A DNA stretch of 64,000 nucleotides from the human T2T-CHM13v2.0 reference genome, Homo sapiens, in assembly GCF_009914755.1 (NCBI RefSeq), contig NC_060926.1; one strand, 5' to 3'. The notes beneath the pieces were generated by a model, which was given only the letters and a program-made list of their open reading frames with translations, was not told where the DNA came from and made no database searches. A program made the translations under genes and the position numbers. This document shows positions 1 to 13,086 of the stretch, in pieces; within the stretch, counting starts at the first letter, position 1, and each line of letters opens with the position of its first letter.

Positions 1-144
1 AGTTGGTGGTAGGTAACTTCTTAGATAATAAGGCACGAATGAATCATTCATTGTTATAGCTTTCATACATATAAGGCAAATAAAAATTGACTTAGAATAA
101 AATAAAATCTGTTTAGTTTTAAAAAAATAATTTAAACATTTATT

Positions 145-283
145 ATTATTTTTCAAAATTTTTAATTATTATGGGTACATAATAGTTGTTTATATTTATG
201 GGGGTGCATGTGATGTTTTGATACAGGTATACAATGTATAATGATCCAATCAGGGTAACTGGATTACCTATCATCTCAAGCAC
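145..283 (-). mobile_element. L1MA-family LINE-1 3' end fragment
   Basis: Matches the antisense L1MA 3' terminus (tatttatgggg..catgtgat..tttgatac..tacaatgtataatgatc.aatcagggtaa) after a T-rich tail; subfamily from recall. Confidence 0.75.
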
Positions 284-949
284 AATAAAATCTACTTTTG
301 TGTTAAGGCTATAGGCAAGGAAATGATAGGTTAATATCACACAACTTCCCTTAAATAACTGTGAAAGCACACAACCCCAAAGAAACTACATTTCTTATGA
401 CAAGAATTTTTATAATAGGCTCATATTTTCACCATATACATAATATACAGGCATGTGTGTGTATAGCATCACTTTTTATGCTGATACTATATTACCTGTG
501 CTTCAGTGAAAAATAGGTAGAATGTATACATTAGAAATTTAAGTCACTGTCAAAAAGAGCATAACTGACTTAAGAAGGCCATGACCTCTTAAGAGGAGCC
601 CCCCAGCTTAGGGGGCAAATTCTCTATCATATACCCATGTATAGTTCATATTTACTGTTAGTGTTCATCTGAATAAAATCTCATCTGAAATACTTTAAAC
701 TTCCTGTCTTTAACCTGCAAATCCCAATGAATTCTGGAGTTAGACATACTTGTTTTATTTTAGACATGAAAAGTAGCAGGACTACTCAGTATAGGTTTGA
801 AATAGGCCTTGTGTCATCTGTCACACTGTCTCAGTAACTGAGATTCAACTGGGTTTCAGAAATAGAGACTCCTAATTTCACACATTTTCAAACCAGAGGT
901 AAGTGAGGGATCTTTTTACTCATATGCTTCCTTTGACGGTGACAGTCTA

Positions 950-1283
950 ACCCTCCCTGTCAGGCTGGCTTCGCTGTCTCTGGAATGTGCCCCTCTCCTG
1001 TCTGAGTTGATCTTTTGTCCATTTTTCCATGGCACACTTTCCTCCTCCTGCCCCTAGATCCTGTTCAGTATTCAGGATGACACTGAAACCCTCCCTGTAA
1101 AGTCATCTATCCTCTCTAACCCACAGTGGATTCCCTGCCTTGAGGAATTGGACTGCCTCTCATTTTGGTCCTTTATCCAAAGTGTACTCTTACTGAGTTG
1201 TTCTCTGTGTAGGTTCTATCTTCCTAACAGGACAATCAGCTCCATGAAAATGCAGGCCAATCCCTTAATTTCTACATTGTCCC
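950..1283 (+). mobile_element. L2 3' region fragment (interrupted by MLT1, resumes ~1739-1780)
   Basis: Diverged resemblance to the L2 3' end (..ggacaatcagctccatga..); L2 tail-like sequence resumes after the LTR (gcctacagggtagccactcaagaaacatg). Confidence 0.45.
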
Positions 1284-1738
1284 AGTGGCAGGGACTAGCT
1301 GGGTGTCACGAAACCTCGGGAACCTTGGCCCTCTTCTTTCTGGGGGCACGGCTGGCCTGCATTTCCCAGCCTCCTTTACAGTCAGGTGTGCCCACATGAC
1401 ACGTTTAGTTCTAGTCATGGAGCCTGAGCAAAAGTGACATCTGCCCTTTCTTGCCTGGCCCAGGAATACCTCCCTCATATAGTCTTCCATGCTCTTTATC
1501 CTTCCACTGGCTTCATGCAGACAACTCAGCACAGCAACCTTGGAAGCCACTTGTTGAAGATGAAGCCAACCAGGTATAAGGAGTTTGGCTTCTTTAATTC
1601 TCAATTGGAAGAAAGCCACTCTGGGAAAAGAAACGACTTTTCTGGATTTGACACAAGGAAGATACCAACTTATACTGAATTTGGGCCATGATTCGTTTGG
1701 AGTTTGTTATTATTGCTGACATCGACCTGGCTGACACA
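1284..1738 (+). mobile_element. ERVL-MaLR solo LTR, MLT1I/J-like
   Basis: Old MLT1 motifs ctgcatttcccagcctcc, ttggaagccacttgttgaagatg, terminal ..ctggctgacaca. Confidence 0.7.
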
Positions 1739-1779
1739 GTTCTCTTGGCAGCCTACAGGGTAGCCACTCAAGAAACATG

Positions 1780-1862
1780 CATGTTTCTATGTATATATGT
1801 CATATGTGTACATAGGTGCACACACATGTTCATATATACGGGTATTTACACATGTATATGTA
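1780..1862. repeat. Degenerate (TA/CA/TG) low-complexity tract
   Basis: tatgtatatatgtcatatgtgtacat..cacacacatgt..tatatacg..cacatgtatatgt. Confidence 0.7.
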
Positions 1863-2340
1863 GTGGCTATGTCAACAGCGCAAGGTGACAACCCCACTGA
1901 AGATTCTAGCTTCATAGGAAAGAGACCTGCTTTCTGTCACTATACACAAGGGCAGGGGTTAGGGGATTGTGTGAAGAGCTAAGATGTATCACAATTTATA
2001 ACAGAACGCAGGCCTCATACAGGTGTAAAATACCAAGCTAAGCTTTGGGGACCTGGCAATGCCAGGGTAGTCAGTGCCTGGACTATACATTGGGTCGGTA
2101 ATATTTGGTGGGTTCACTTGCCTTCATTCAGTCAGTTTTATGTTCTCTGTGCAGTTCTGCATCTGTAATTCAAGGCAGAGAAATGTCCCCCTCAACAGAC
2201 TGTGCCAGGGACTGACTGTCCTTTATCTGGCAGGATGAAGGTGGAGTGGACCCTTCAGGGTGGCAGTGACTGACTCTGCAGCTCTCTAGTTAATGATGGC
2301 AGCAGAGACTGGAGACTGAGGTGCATTTGAGCCTTTGGCT

Positions 2341-2464
2341 ATTTAGTAGAGACGGGGTTTCACCATGTTGGCCAGGCTGGTCTCAAACTGCTGACTTCAG
2401 GTTATCCACCTGCCGTAGACTCCCGAAGCGCTAGGATTACAGGCATGAGCCACTGCACCCAGCC
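2341..2464 (-). mobile_element. Alu left monomer only (AluS-like)
   Basis: tttagtagagacggggtttcaccatgttggccaggctggtctc..ggattacaggcatgagccactgcacccagcc; stops at the A-rich linker. Confidence 0.9.
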
Positions 2465-4445
2465 CCTCCAACTATTAAAAGCCAAATATCGGCACAAAAG
2501 AGAAGTTTTAACCGTTCAGCACCTGATCTGAGAGAAGGGATGCCAACAGCTGCCCTGGCTGCTCCCCGTCTTGGTGAGTCCTAGTCTGCTCTAGCCCACT
2601 GTCTCTCTGGGTTCTGCCACACTCTGTCACCTTGGCTAGCTGCTTATTTGGACCTGGCCATGTTTAGGGATCACCCTCCCTCAAATCTAGTGGACTGGAT
2701 GTTGGGCTGATTTCTCAGAAAAAGAACTTACTGCTTTTTCAGCTTTAGTTTTGTTTTCAAATCATCTCCACTTTGGAGAGCTGTTCTCACCTCACAGCTT
2801 CTAGAAAGCTTCCTAGAGCCCCATTTCTGCTCCCTCAACTCTGTCTTAGGCGGGCCCTGGGCCCAGGGTTTGATTCCCTTTGAGCCCAACACAAGGGAAG
2901 CAAACCTGGAGTGAGTTATTATGAAATCTCCTGAGTATCTTTTGATATTGCTCACTTCCTCTGATTGCCTGTAAGTTCACCTTTCTAGAGGATTTGGTGC
3001 ATGTTTAAGAGAAGCATTTTAAATATGACCCTGAATAGACATAATCAGGTGAATAAGCTTTGTTCCTTCTGTTGGGTAACAAGGCAATTTCACAGGTACG
3101 CATAAGGATCTCCAAAAGGAAGGTGCAGGAAATTTTCTAAAACAGCTTGGAGCCTGATGAAAACAATTTTTCTGTAGAAGCCAAATGATCTTCCATAAAA
3201 ACCCCAAAGTTTTGCCTTATTCACATACTAGAATTACATTTTTGCCACACTGAGAAGTGTGATTTTTCATCAGCCCCTCCAGAATCCCATCAAGAGAGAT
3301 TGTGGCAGATCCCTGGGTTCACATTTCACAAGTTTCATTCTATTCCATTAAGAATTTATTATAAAACTGAATATTATATAACTGCATATTACATAACTGA
3401 GTATTATATGGTCATTTCTTAGATTCACAAAAATTTGAGACCAGGACAAAATCTTTTTGGATAAAAGCTGATGTTTAATTGATTATGCCATTATTTCCAT
3501 TTTGGGCTACAAAGATAAAACATAATATCTGCATTCAGCCTTCCTGCTGATGTGACAGTGTGCCTTCCAAATGTTCTCCTAGAGACCCTTTAAAAAAATA
3601 TGTCCATCATAATTTGATCTCACTTCAGTGTCTGAAATTTTTACAGCTAATTTTTTAAGCCATCTGCAACAGTCCTTGTTGCAATTATTATTTTCCCTGA
3701 CAACTTTTAGACTTGCCTTGCACATCAATGTTTAGCTGCCCTGAGTGCATTCTGTTTTGCTCTGGATGGTGCCTTGGCAAATGACATGGCTCTGTCTCTT
3801 TTCTACTTCTCCAGGACCCAAGGTTATAAAATACTTTTGAAACAATTATTCCACAGCTATATTCAAAACCTTCTTCAAGGGTCCCCACTTCCATGACAGC
3901 CTGATTATCCAGTGGCTACCTAAGGGAGCAGCATTTGGTTTGGTGATTAGAAAGTTTATTCGTGGTCTCTGCAGCTTAGACTGATGACCAGAGCACCTCT
4001 TACCTGTCCTTATCTGCTGCAATTCCATTAACAGTGCCCCAAGGCCCACAGGGTGAGCACCAGTGGGTAGATGGATGAGGATGAAAACAGCAGACCTTGC
4101 CCTAAAGAGCCTCAGCTCTAATTAGTCTAACACTGATTTACGCTTTATGCTTTATGAAGCATCTACTATGTGCAGAATCATGACTATGAGCTATGAGAGA
4201 CTCAAGGAAGCTCATTAACAGAGCTGACAATATCCCTGAGCAGACCAAGCACACAAAGGAGAAAAAAATACAAGAATTCTTAAGGCAGAACATGCAAACA
4301 AGATCACAGTAGAGTAAGGGTGCCATGTAGCTAGAGATGGTGGAGGCCAGTGTATTAACCACACAGTTAAATGTATGTAAGAGAATATTCTGTGCAAAGG
4401 GAACTTAGCTCTTCCTGCAGAGCTCCCAAATCTCTTGAAGTCTTT

Positions 4446-4480
4446 ACAAAACAAACAAACAAACAAACAAACAAACAAAA
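4446..4480. repeat. (AAAC)n microsatellite
   Basis: About 8 tandem acaa units read directly. Confidence 0.95.
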
Positions 4481-5099
4481 TTCGGAAATATTTCAGACCT
4501 AACAGCAAAGTGACAGAATGTTGAGAAAAAGGACAGAAGGTTAAGGCTCCCATGGCAGGCCAGTCAGACGTGTGGGCAGGAGGACAGCTGAAGAGTGACT
4601 CGCATTTGCTTGCCAAGCCTGACTCTCTGAAGCTTCCCTTTTGTCTTCTTCTGTAAATATGATCTAAGGGAGGAAGTGATTCAGCACAGCCTGAGCCTAT
4701 TCTGGGATCTAAGAGACACAGAAGTGCCCTGAAATTTCCATTTTCATCACTAATTACTTTAACAGGTACTTTAATAAGTGCTTTCCAATTGCCCCCGCTG
4801 TTTTGTAAAATTATCTACACTGCATTTTACATTTTTAATCAAGCTTTATTTTTGAAAAGTTCTGACTTTCTGAAGATTTTGCCTTTTACATGTGGGGGAA
4901 CACATTTTTTCCCTCTGATTTCACCAAACTAAAAGGATTAGTTAGTGGAGAAAAAAAAACCCAAAACTTGACCTATTTTTACCAGACCTATTGGAAGCTC
5001 CATTGATGGTCACTAGAATTCAATGTACCACTTATTAGGAAGAAATGAATTACCACTTGCTCTGTGGGGGGAAGAGACACTCTGTGAAGTCCTTTCCCT

Positions 5100-5295
5100 A
5101 ATCTTATCTCATGAATCTTCATACTACTGTGTGGAAGAAGCTGTCATCTTAGTTTTTAGAGATGAAGAACCCAAGATGACAGAAGCGAAGGAAGGCATCT
5201 GAAGTCACAATGCTACATATATTTCAGGAAGCAGGAGAGCCAGGATTCTGTCCCAGACCTGCTTCCTTCTAAGTCCAAGCTCTTCCTACCATATT
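5100..5295 (-). mobile_element. MIR SINE
   Basis: Diverged MIR core: tttttagagatgaagaacccaag..gtcacaa..gagccaggatt..aagtccaagctctt. Confidence 0.65.
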
Positions 5296-5509
5296 CTGCT
5301 TGCTTTTTCTATGAAGGGAGGGACGTGATAACATCATTGCTATCTTTTACAAGGCAAATCCTATGGAAGTAGCTTATTTCTGCCTAAATGTTAAGCCCAC
5401 AATTTGAGCAGCTCCCATCAAATTAATTATGTTGCCTTGGTGATTTTCCTTCCCAGGTTCTGCTTTAGAGGCAGATAATTGGGAAGGAAATAATAATAAT
5501 AACAGCAAC

Positions 5510-5728
5510 AATAATAGCTGTGAACACTTATCGAGCTCTTTTTAGCACTAAGTGTGTGTTTCACATATGTTATCCTTTTAAATCCTCATTACAACCTACA
5601 GTAAGAACTATCATACCTGTCTTGCAAGTGAAAAAACTGACATACAGAGCTAAAAAAATCTTGCCTAATGTCACATAAATAGTATCTGAACCCTGGACAG
5701 TCTGACTGCAGAGTTCATGCTCTTAATT
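5510..5728 (-). mobile_element. MIR SINE
   Basis: ttttaaatcctcattacaacc..gaaaaaactga..cttgcctaatgtcacat..tctgactgcagagttcatgctcttaa. Confidence 0.75.
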
Positions 5729-6379
5729 CTACCCAATTAAATCTGGTTAATGATGATTTGTTATAGACAACTTATTAAAATAACAATAAAAATTAATCAG
5801 TAAAATGAACTGCATAGAATTAAAAAATAATTACCTCTAAATACAATGTGATATCTGTTTGCTAGACACAAACATCATTCATTCATTTACTTAAAATCAT
5901 GCTTTCCTTATTATTATTCCATGGTTATCACTATTGGTATTTGATTGGTATTGTTAATTTCATTTGCTTTTTAGATCACTACATTCTTTCCATGGAAGCA
6001 TAATTCCATATGTAAATTTGGACCTAACTGAAAAAATAAAACTATGCAAAAAAAAAAATGAACATTTATAGAGTGCTCACTTGCAGGCTAGGTCTTGTGC
6101 TAAGTGTTTACATTATTATTATTTTTAAAAAATTTAATTTAATTTAATTCAATATTTTATTTTATTTTTATTTTTCCAGAAGTTATTGAGGTACAGGCGG
6201 TATTTGGTTACAAGAGTACATTCTTTAGTGGTGATTTCTGAGAATTTGGTGCACTCATCACCCGAGCAGTATACACTGCACCATATTTGTCATCTTTTAT
6301 CCCTCGCCCCCTTCCCACTCTTCCTGCCAGGTCTTCAAACTCCATTCTATCATTTTTATGACTTTGCGTCCTCATAGCT

Positions 6380-9300
6380 TAGCTCTCACATATCAGTGAG
6401 AACATAGGATATTTGGTTTTCCATTCGTGAGTTACTTCATTTATAATAACAGTCTCCAATCTCATCCAGGTCACTGCAAATGCTGTTAATTCGTTCCTTT
6501 TTATGGCTGTGTAGTATTCCATTGTGTATATATACCACAGTTTCTTTCTCCACTCATTGACTGATGGGCATGTGGGTTGGTTACACAATTTTGCAATTGC
6601 GAACTGTGCTGCTATAAATGTGTGTGCAAGTATCTTTTTCGAATAATGATTTGTTTTCCTCTGGGTAGATACCCAGTAGTGGCATTGCTGGATCAAATGG
6701 TAGTTATATTTTTAGTTCTTTAAGGAATCTTCACACTGTTTTCCATAGTGGTTGTACTAGTTTACATTCCCAGCGGCAGTGTAGAAGTGTTCCCTGTTCA
6801 CCATATCCACTCTGACATCTCCTGTTTTTTTTTCATTATGGCCATTCTTGCAGGAGTAAGGTGGTATTGCATTGTGGTTTTGATTTGCATTTCCCTGATC
6901 ATTAGAGATATTGAGCATTTTTTCATATGTTTGGTAGCCATTTGTATATTTTCTTTTGAGAATTGTCTATTCACGTCCTTAGCCCACTTTTTGATGGGAT
7001 TGTTTGTTTTTTTCTTACTGATTTATTTGAGTTCATTGTAGATTCAGGATATTAGTCCTCTGTCAGATGTACAGATTGTGAAGATTTCCTCCCACTCTGT
7101 GGGCTGTCTGTTTACTGTGCTGACTGTTCCTTTTGCTGTGCAAATTTCTTTAGTTTAATTAGGTCCCAGCTATTTATCTTTGTTGTTATTGCATTTGCTT
7201 TTGGGTTCTTGGTCATGAAATCCTTGCCTAAGCCAATGTCTAGAAGGGTTTTTCCAATGTTATCTTCTAGAAATTTTATAGTTTCAGGTCCTTAATCCAT
7301 CTTGAGTTGATTTTTGTATGAGGCGAGAGGTAAGGATCTAGTTTCATTCTCCTACATGCGGCTAGCCAATTATCCTAGCACCATTTGTTGAAAAGGGTGT
7401 CTTCTCCCCACTTTATGTTTTTGTTTGCTTTGTCTAAGATCAGTTGGCTGTTAAGTATTTGGGTTTATTTCTGGGTTCTCTGTTCTGTTCCTTTGGTCTA
7501 TGTGCCTATTTTTATACCAGTGCCATGCTGTTTTGGTGACTATGGCCTTATAGTATAGTTTGAAATTGGTTAGTGTGATGCCTCCAGATTTGTTATTTTT
7601 GTTTAGTCTTGCTTTGGCTATGTGGCTCTTTTATGGTTCCATATGAATTTTAGAATTGTTTTTTTCTAATTCTGTGAAGAATGATGGTGGTATTTTTATG
7701 GGGATTGCATTGAATTTGTAGATTGTTTTTGGTAGTATGGTCATTTTCACAATATTGATTCTACTCATCCATGAGCATGGGATGTGTTTCCATTTGTTTG
7801 TGTCATCTATGATTTCTTTCAACAGTGTTTTGTAGTTTTCCTTGTAGAGGCCTTTTGACCCCTTGGTTAGGTATATTCCTAAGTATTTAATTTTTTTGCA
7901 GCTATTGTAAAAGGGGTTGAGCTCTTGGTTTGATTCTCCACTTGGTTGCTGTTGGTATATAAAAGAACAACTGATTTGTGTACATTAATCTTGTATCCGG
8001 AAACTTTGCTGAATTCTTTTATCAGTTCTAGGAGCTTTCTAGAGGAGTCCTTAGGGTTTTCAATGTAAATGATCATATTGTCAGCCAACAGTGACAGTTT
8101 GACTTCATTTTAACCAATTTGGATGCCCTTTATTTCTTTCTCTTGTCTGATTGCTCTGGCTAGGATTTCCAGTACTATGCTGAAGGAGTGGTGAGAGTGG
8201 GCATCCTTGTCTTGTGTCAGTTCTTAGAGGGAATGATTTCAACTTTTCCCCATTTAGTATTATGTTGGCTGTGGGATGGTCATAGATGGCTTTTATAACA
8301 TAAAGGTATGTCCCTTATATGCTGATTTTGCTAAGAGTTTTAATCATAAAGGGATGCTGGATTTTGTTGAATGTTTTTTCTGCATCTATTGAGATGATCA
8401 TGTGATTTTTGTTTTTAATTCTGTTTATGTGCTGTATCACATTTATTGACTTGTGTAGGTTAAACCATCCCTGCACTCCTGGTATGAAACCCACTTGATC
8501 ATGGTGGTTTATCTTTTCTATATGTTGTTGGATTCGGTTAGCTAGTATTTTGTTAAAAATTTTAGCATATCTATGTTCATCAAGGATATTGGTCTGTAGT
8601 TTTCTTTTTTGGTTGTATCCTTTCCTGGTTTTGGTATTAGGGTGATGCTGGCTTCATATAATGAATTAGGGAAGGTTCCTTCTTTCTGTTTCTTGTGGAA
8701 TAGTGTCAAAAGGATTGGCAACAATTCTTCTTTGAATGTCAGGTAGAATTCTGCTATGAATCCATCTGGTCCTGAACTTTTTTTGTTGTTGGTAATTTTT
8801 AAATTACCAGTTCAATCTCACTGCTTGTTAATGGTCTGTTCAGGGTATCTAATTCTTTCTGGTTTAAGCTAAGAGGGATGTATTTTTCCAAGAATTTATC
8901 CATCTCTTCTAGGTTTTCTAGTTTATGTGCGTAAATGTGTTTACAGCAGCCTTAATTGATCTTTTGTATTTCAGTGGCGTCAGTTGTAATATCTCCTGTT
9001 TCGTTTCTTAGTGAGGTTGTTTGGATTTTCTCTCTTCTTTTCTTGGTTAATCTTGCTAATGGTCAATCAATTTTATTTATCTTTTCAATGAACCAGTTTT
9101 TTGTTTCATTTATCTTTTCATCTTTTGTATTTTTTTTGGTTTCAATTTCATTTAGTTCTGCTGTGATCTTGGTTATTTCCTTTCTACTGCTGGGTTTGAG
9201 TTTGGCTTGTTCTTGTTTCTCTAGTTCCTTGAGGTGTGACCTTAGAGTATCAGTTTGTGCCCTTTCAGTCTTTTTGATATAGGCATTTAGGGCTCTGAAA

Positions 9301-10185
9301 TTTCCTCTTAGCACTGCCTTTGCTGTATCCCAGAGGTTTTGATAGATTGTGTCATTATTGTCATTCTGTTCAAAGAATTTTTTATTTCCATCTTGATTTG
9401 GTTTTTGACCCAGTGCTCATTCAGGAGCAGGCTATATCATTTCCACGTATTTGCATGGTTTTGAAGGTTCCTTTTGGAGTTGATTTCCAGTTTTATTCCA
9501 CTGTGGTCTGAGAGAGTGCTTGATATAATTTCAATTTTCTTAAATTTATTGAGACTCGTTTTATGGCCTATCATATGGTCTATCTTGGAGAAAGTTCCAC
9601 ATACTATTGAATAGAATGTGTATTCTGCGGTTGTTGAATGAAATATTCTGTATAAATCTGTTAAGTCCATTTGTTCCAAGGTATAGTTTACATCCATTGT
9701 TTCTTTGTTGACTTTCTGTCTTGATGACCTGTCTAGTGCTGTCAGTGGAGTATTGAAGTCCCCCACTATTATTGGGTTGCCGTCCATCTCATTTCTTAGG
9801 TCTATTAGTAATTGTTTTATGAATTTGGGAGTTCCAGGGTTATGCATATATTTTTAGGATTGTGATATTTTCCTGTCGGACAAGGCCTTTACCATTATAT
9901 AATGTCTCTCTTTGTCTCTTTTAACTGCCGATGCTTTAAAGCTTGTTTTGCCTGATCTAAGAATAGCTACTCCTGCTGGCTTTTGGTGTCCATTTGTACG
10001 AAATGCCCTTTTCCATCCCTTTAAGTTTATGTGAGTTCTTATGTGTTAGGTGAGTCTCCTGAAGGCAGCAGATGGTTGGTTCATGAGTTCTTATCCATTC
10101 TGTGGTTCTGTATCTTTTAAGTGGAGCATTTAGGCCATTTACATTGAATGTTAGTATTGAGATGTGACGTACCATTGCATTTATT
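6380..10185 (-). pseudogene. L1 ORF2p relic (endonuclease/reverse transcriptase), many stops and frameshifts
   Basis: Track fragments: NVNGLNAPLKR..CCLQETHL (EN), [48 protein letters not shown] (FADDM box), WYIYTMEYY. Confidence 0.9.
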
Positions 10186-10269
10186 GGGCTCGTTGTTGCC
10201 TGTGTACTTCAGTTTTTGGTTTGTTGTTTTTGCTTTTTAACTTGTATTTTTGTGTTATAGGTCCTGTGT

Positions 10270-11276
10270 GATTTATGCTTTCAAGAGGTTCTGTTTTGAT
10301 GAGTTTCCAGGATTTGTTTCAAGATTTAGAGCTCTTTTTAGCAGCTCTTGTAGTGGTGGCTTACTGATGGCAAATTATCTCAGCATTTGTTTGTCTGAAA
10401 AAGACTGTATCTTTCCTTCATATACGATTCTTAGTTTCACTGTATACAAAATTCTTGGCTGATAATTGTTTTGTTTGAAGAGGCTGAAGATAGGGCCCCA
10501 ATCCCTTCTAGCTTGTAGGGTTTCTGCTGAGAAATCTGCTGTTAATCTTATAGGCTTTCCTTTCTAGGTTACCTGGTGCCTCTTAGGATTCTTACCTTCA
10601 TCTTAAGAATGGATAGCCTGATGACAATGTGCCTAGGCAAAGATCATTTTGTGATGAATTTCACAGGTGTTCTTTGTGCTTCTTGTATTTGGATGTTTAG
10701 GTCTCTAGTGAGGCCAGGAAAGTTTTCCTGGATTATTCCCCCAAATATGTTTTCCAAGCTTTTAGAATTCTCTTCTTCCTCAGGAACACCGATTATTCTT
10801 ATGTTTGGTTGTTTAACATAATCCCAGACTTCTTGGAGGCTTTGTTCATATTTTCTTATTCTTTTTTTCATTGTCTTTGTTGGATTGGGTTAATTTGAAG
10901 ACATTGTCTTTGAGCTCTGAATTTCTTTCTTCTACTTGTTCAATTCTATTGCTGAGACTTCCAGAGCATTTTATATTTCTAAAAGTGTGTCCAAAGTTTC
11001 CTGAATTTTTCGTTGTTTTTTAAGCTATCTATTTCCTTGAATATTTCTCCATTCACTTCTTGTATTAATTTTTGGATTTCCTTGCAGTGGACTTCGCCTT
11101 CTCTGATCCCTCCCTGATTAGCTTGGTAACTAACCTCCTAAATTCTTTTTCACATAAATCAAGGATTTCTTCTTGGTTTGGATCCATTGCTGGTGAACTA
11201 ATGTGATTTTTTTGGAGAGTGTTAAAGAGCCTTGTTTTGTCATATTACCAGGGTTGGTTTTCTGGTTCCTTTTCAT
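10270..11276 (-). pseudogene. L1 ORF1p relic
   Basis: MKRNQKTNPGNMTKQGS.. start; EQSLQEVWDYVKQPNIRIIGVPEEEE..ENFPGL..IQIQEAQRTP; interrupted by stops. Confidence 0.88.
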
Positions 11277-12684
11277 TTGGGTGGGCTCTGTCAGAGGGAA
11301 GGTACAGGGTTGAAGGCTGTTGTTCAGATCTTTTTGTCCTATGGGTATTCCCTTGATGTAGTACTCTCCCCCTTTTCCTATGGATGTGGCTTCCTGTAAG
11401 CCAAAAGTGATTGTTGTCTCTTTTCCAGATCTAGCCACCCAGTGAGTCTACTCGACTCCAGACAGGTACTGGGGGTTGTCTGCACAGAGTCCTGTGAGAT
11501 GAAACGTCTATGGGTCTCTCAGCCATGGATACCAGCAACTGTTCTGGTGGAGGCGACAGGGGAATGCAGTGGACTCCATGAGGGTCCTTGGCTTTGGTGG
11601 CTTAATGTTCTATTTTTGTGTTGGTTGGCCTCCTGCTAGGAGGTGGCGCTTTCCAGAAAGCATCAGCTGTATTAGTGTGGAAAGGGACCAGCTGTGGGCG
11701 GGGCCCTAGAGCTCCCAGGATTACATGCCCTTTGTCTTCTGCTACAGGGGTGGATAGGGAAAGACCATCAAGTGGGGGTGGGGCTAGGCATGTCTGAGCT
11801 CAGGCTCTCCTTGGGTACATCTTGCTGCTGCTGCTGTAGGAGATGGGGGTGAGATTCCCAGGTCACTGGAGTTGTGTGCCTAGGCTTAGTCATGCAGGTT
11901 GTCAGGGAAGTGGGGGAAAGCCGGCAGTCACAGGCCTCACCCAGCTCCCATGCAAACCTAAGGGCCGGTCTCACTACTACCATGCTCCCCCCAACCCTGC
12001 CCCCTGCCCCCTCAACAGCCCTGAGTCTGTTTCCAGGCGGAAGGTGAGATAGGCTTGAAAACTTGCCCCAGGCTACCCACCACCCAGCTGAGAAAGAAAA
12101 AAGGCTTGGTTCTTCCCCTGCCTGTGGAGTCTGCAAACCAGATTTGTGCCCTCCTCTGAGTTCTGGCTAGGAAGCGTCTGGCCCTGTTCAAATTGTTACA
12201 AAGTTCAGCGGGAGATTTCCTTCTTCCTGTGGAGTTTTACCCCCCGCTCCTCTGGCCTCCTTCCTGATGGATCCCTGTGGTGCCAGGCAGGAAGGGGCTG
12301 CTAGGGGACACAGCAAGCTCCCAGGGCCTTTCTGCTGCTTCTTCTACCCATGTATTTCACTCAGCTCTCTAAATTGACTCAGCTCCAGGTAAAGTCAGAA
12401 ACTTCTCCCACAAACAGAACTTCAGCTTCTCCAGTGGTGGTGTGTGTTTGGGAGAGGAAGGTCTCCCTTTCCCACTTCCGCAGTTGGGGCACTCACAGTA
12501 TTTGGGGCATCTCCTGGGTCCTGCAGGAGCGGTCGCTTCCTTTGCAGGGTCTGTGAGTCCTCTTGGGATTGCTGGTTTGTTCTTGCAGTTGATCTGGAGC
12601 TAAAATTCATAATGCAAGCCTCCGCATGCTGCCTTGTCTGGAGCTGCAATCTAGTCCTGCCTCCGGTCCTCCGTGATGAAGGTG

Positions 12685-12825
12685 ATATGCATTATTTTTC
12701 CTTATTTAATCCTTATGGTCACTTTATGAGGTAGAAACTATTATCAACTCCATTTTTCAAATGAGAAAACTGAGGGACAAGAGAGGCTAAGTAACTGTTA
12801 AGTCAAGGATTTGAACCTGGACATA
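12685..12825 (-). mobile_element. MIR, continuation of the piece at ~6060-6113 split by the L1PB1
   Basis: atttaatcctt..tatgaggtag..ccatttttcaaatgagaaaactgagg..gaggctaagtaact; left part gtgctaagtgtttacat. Confidence 0.75.
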
Positions 12826-13086
12826 AACTTAAGGACTGCCCCTATGGCACCTCATTCTCTGCCACTATATTGTCTTATCCGTGCTTGAATGTTGGGGTAC
12901 AATGATGAACAAGCACACTCCCTGCATCAAGGTGCTCATCAGACAGGCGGAGCAGGCACCTGCAGCATAGTATGCTGTGGGAACTCTCGGCAGAGGGGTT
13001 CTGGGGGCTTTCCTAGGGAAGCTGTAGCTAAGTTTTAGCACAGCTAAGAGATGTTACTGAGAAACGATTACTCAGGAGAGGGGGGC

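Larger units (their letters stand above)
6114..12680 (-). mobile_element. Full-length, inactive LINE-1 (L1PB1 3' end, L1PBa-type 5' UTR)
   Basis: T-rich tail at ~6114-6175; L1PB1 3' UTR (agttattgaggtacagg..catcacccgagcagtatacactgcacc); fragmented ORF2 and ORF1 in the ORF track; 5' end reads ggaggcaggactagattgcagctcc on the minus strand; ~6.5 kb. Confidence 0.92.

Noticed and set aside
585-596. 12-bp palindrome cctcttaagagg
   Set aside because: Palindromes this short are expected many times by chance in 64 kb
6379-11438. ORFs with reverse transcriptase/endonuclease motifs as a possible novel RT system
   Set aside because: Fragments of ordinary L1 ORF1/ORF2 broken by stops and frameshifts
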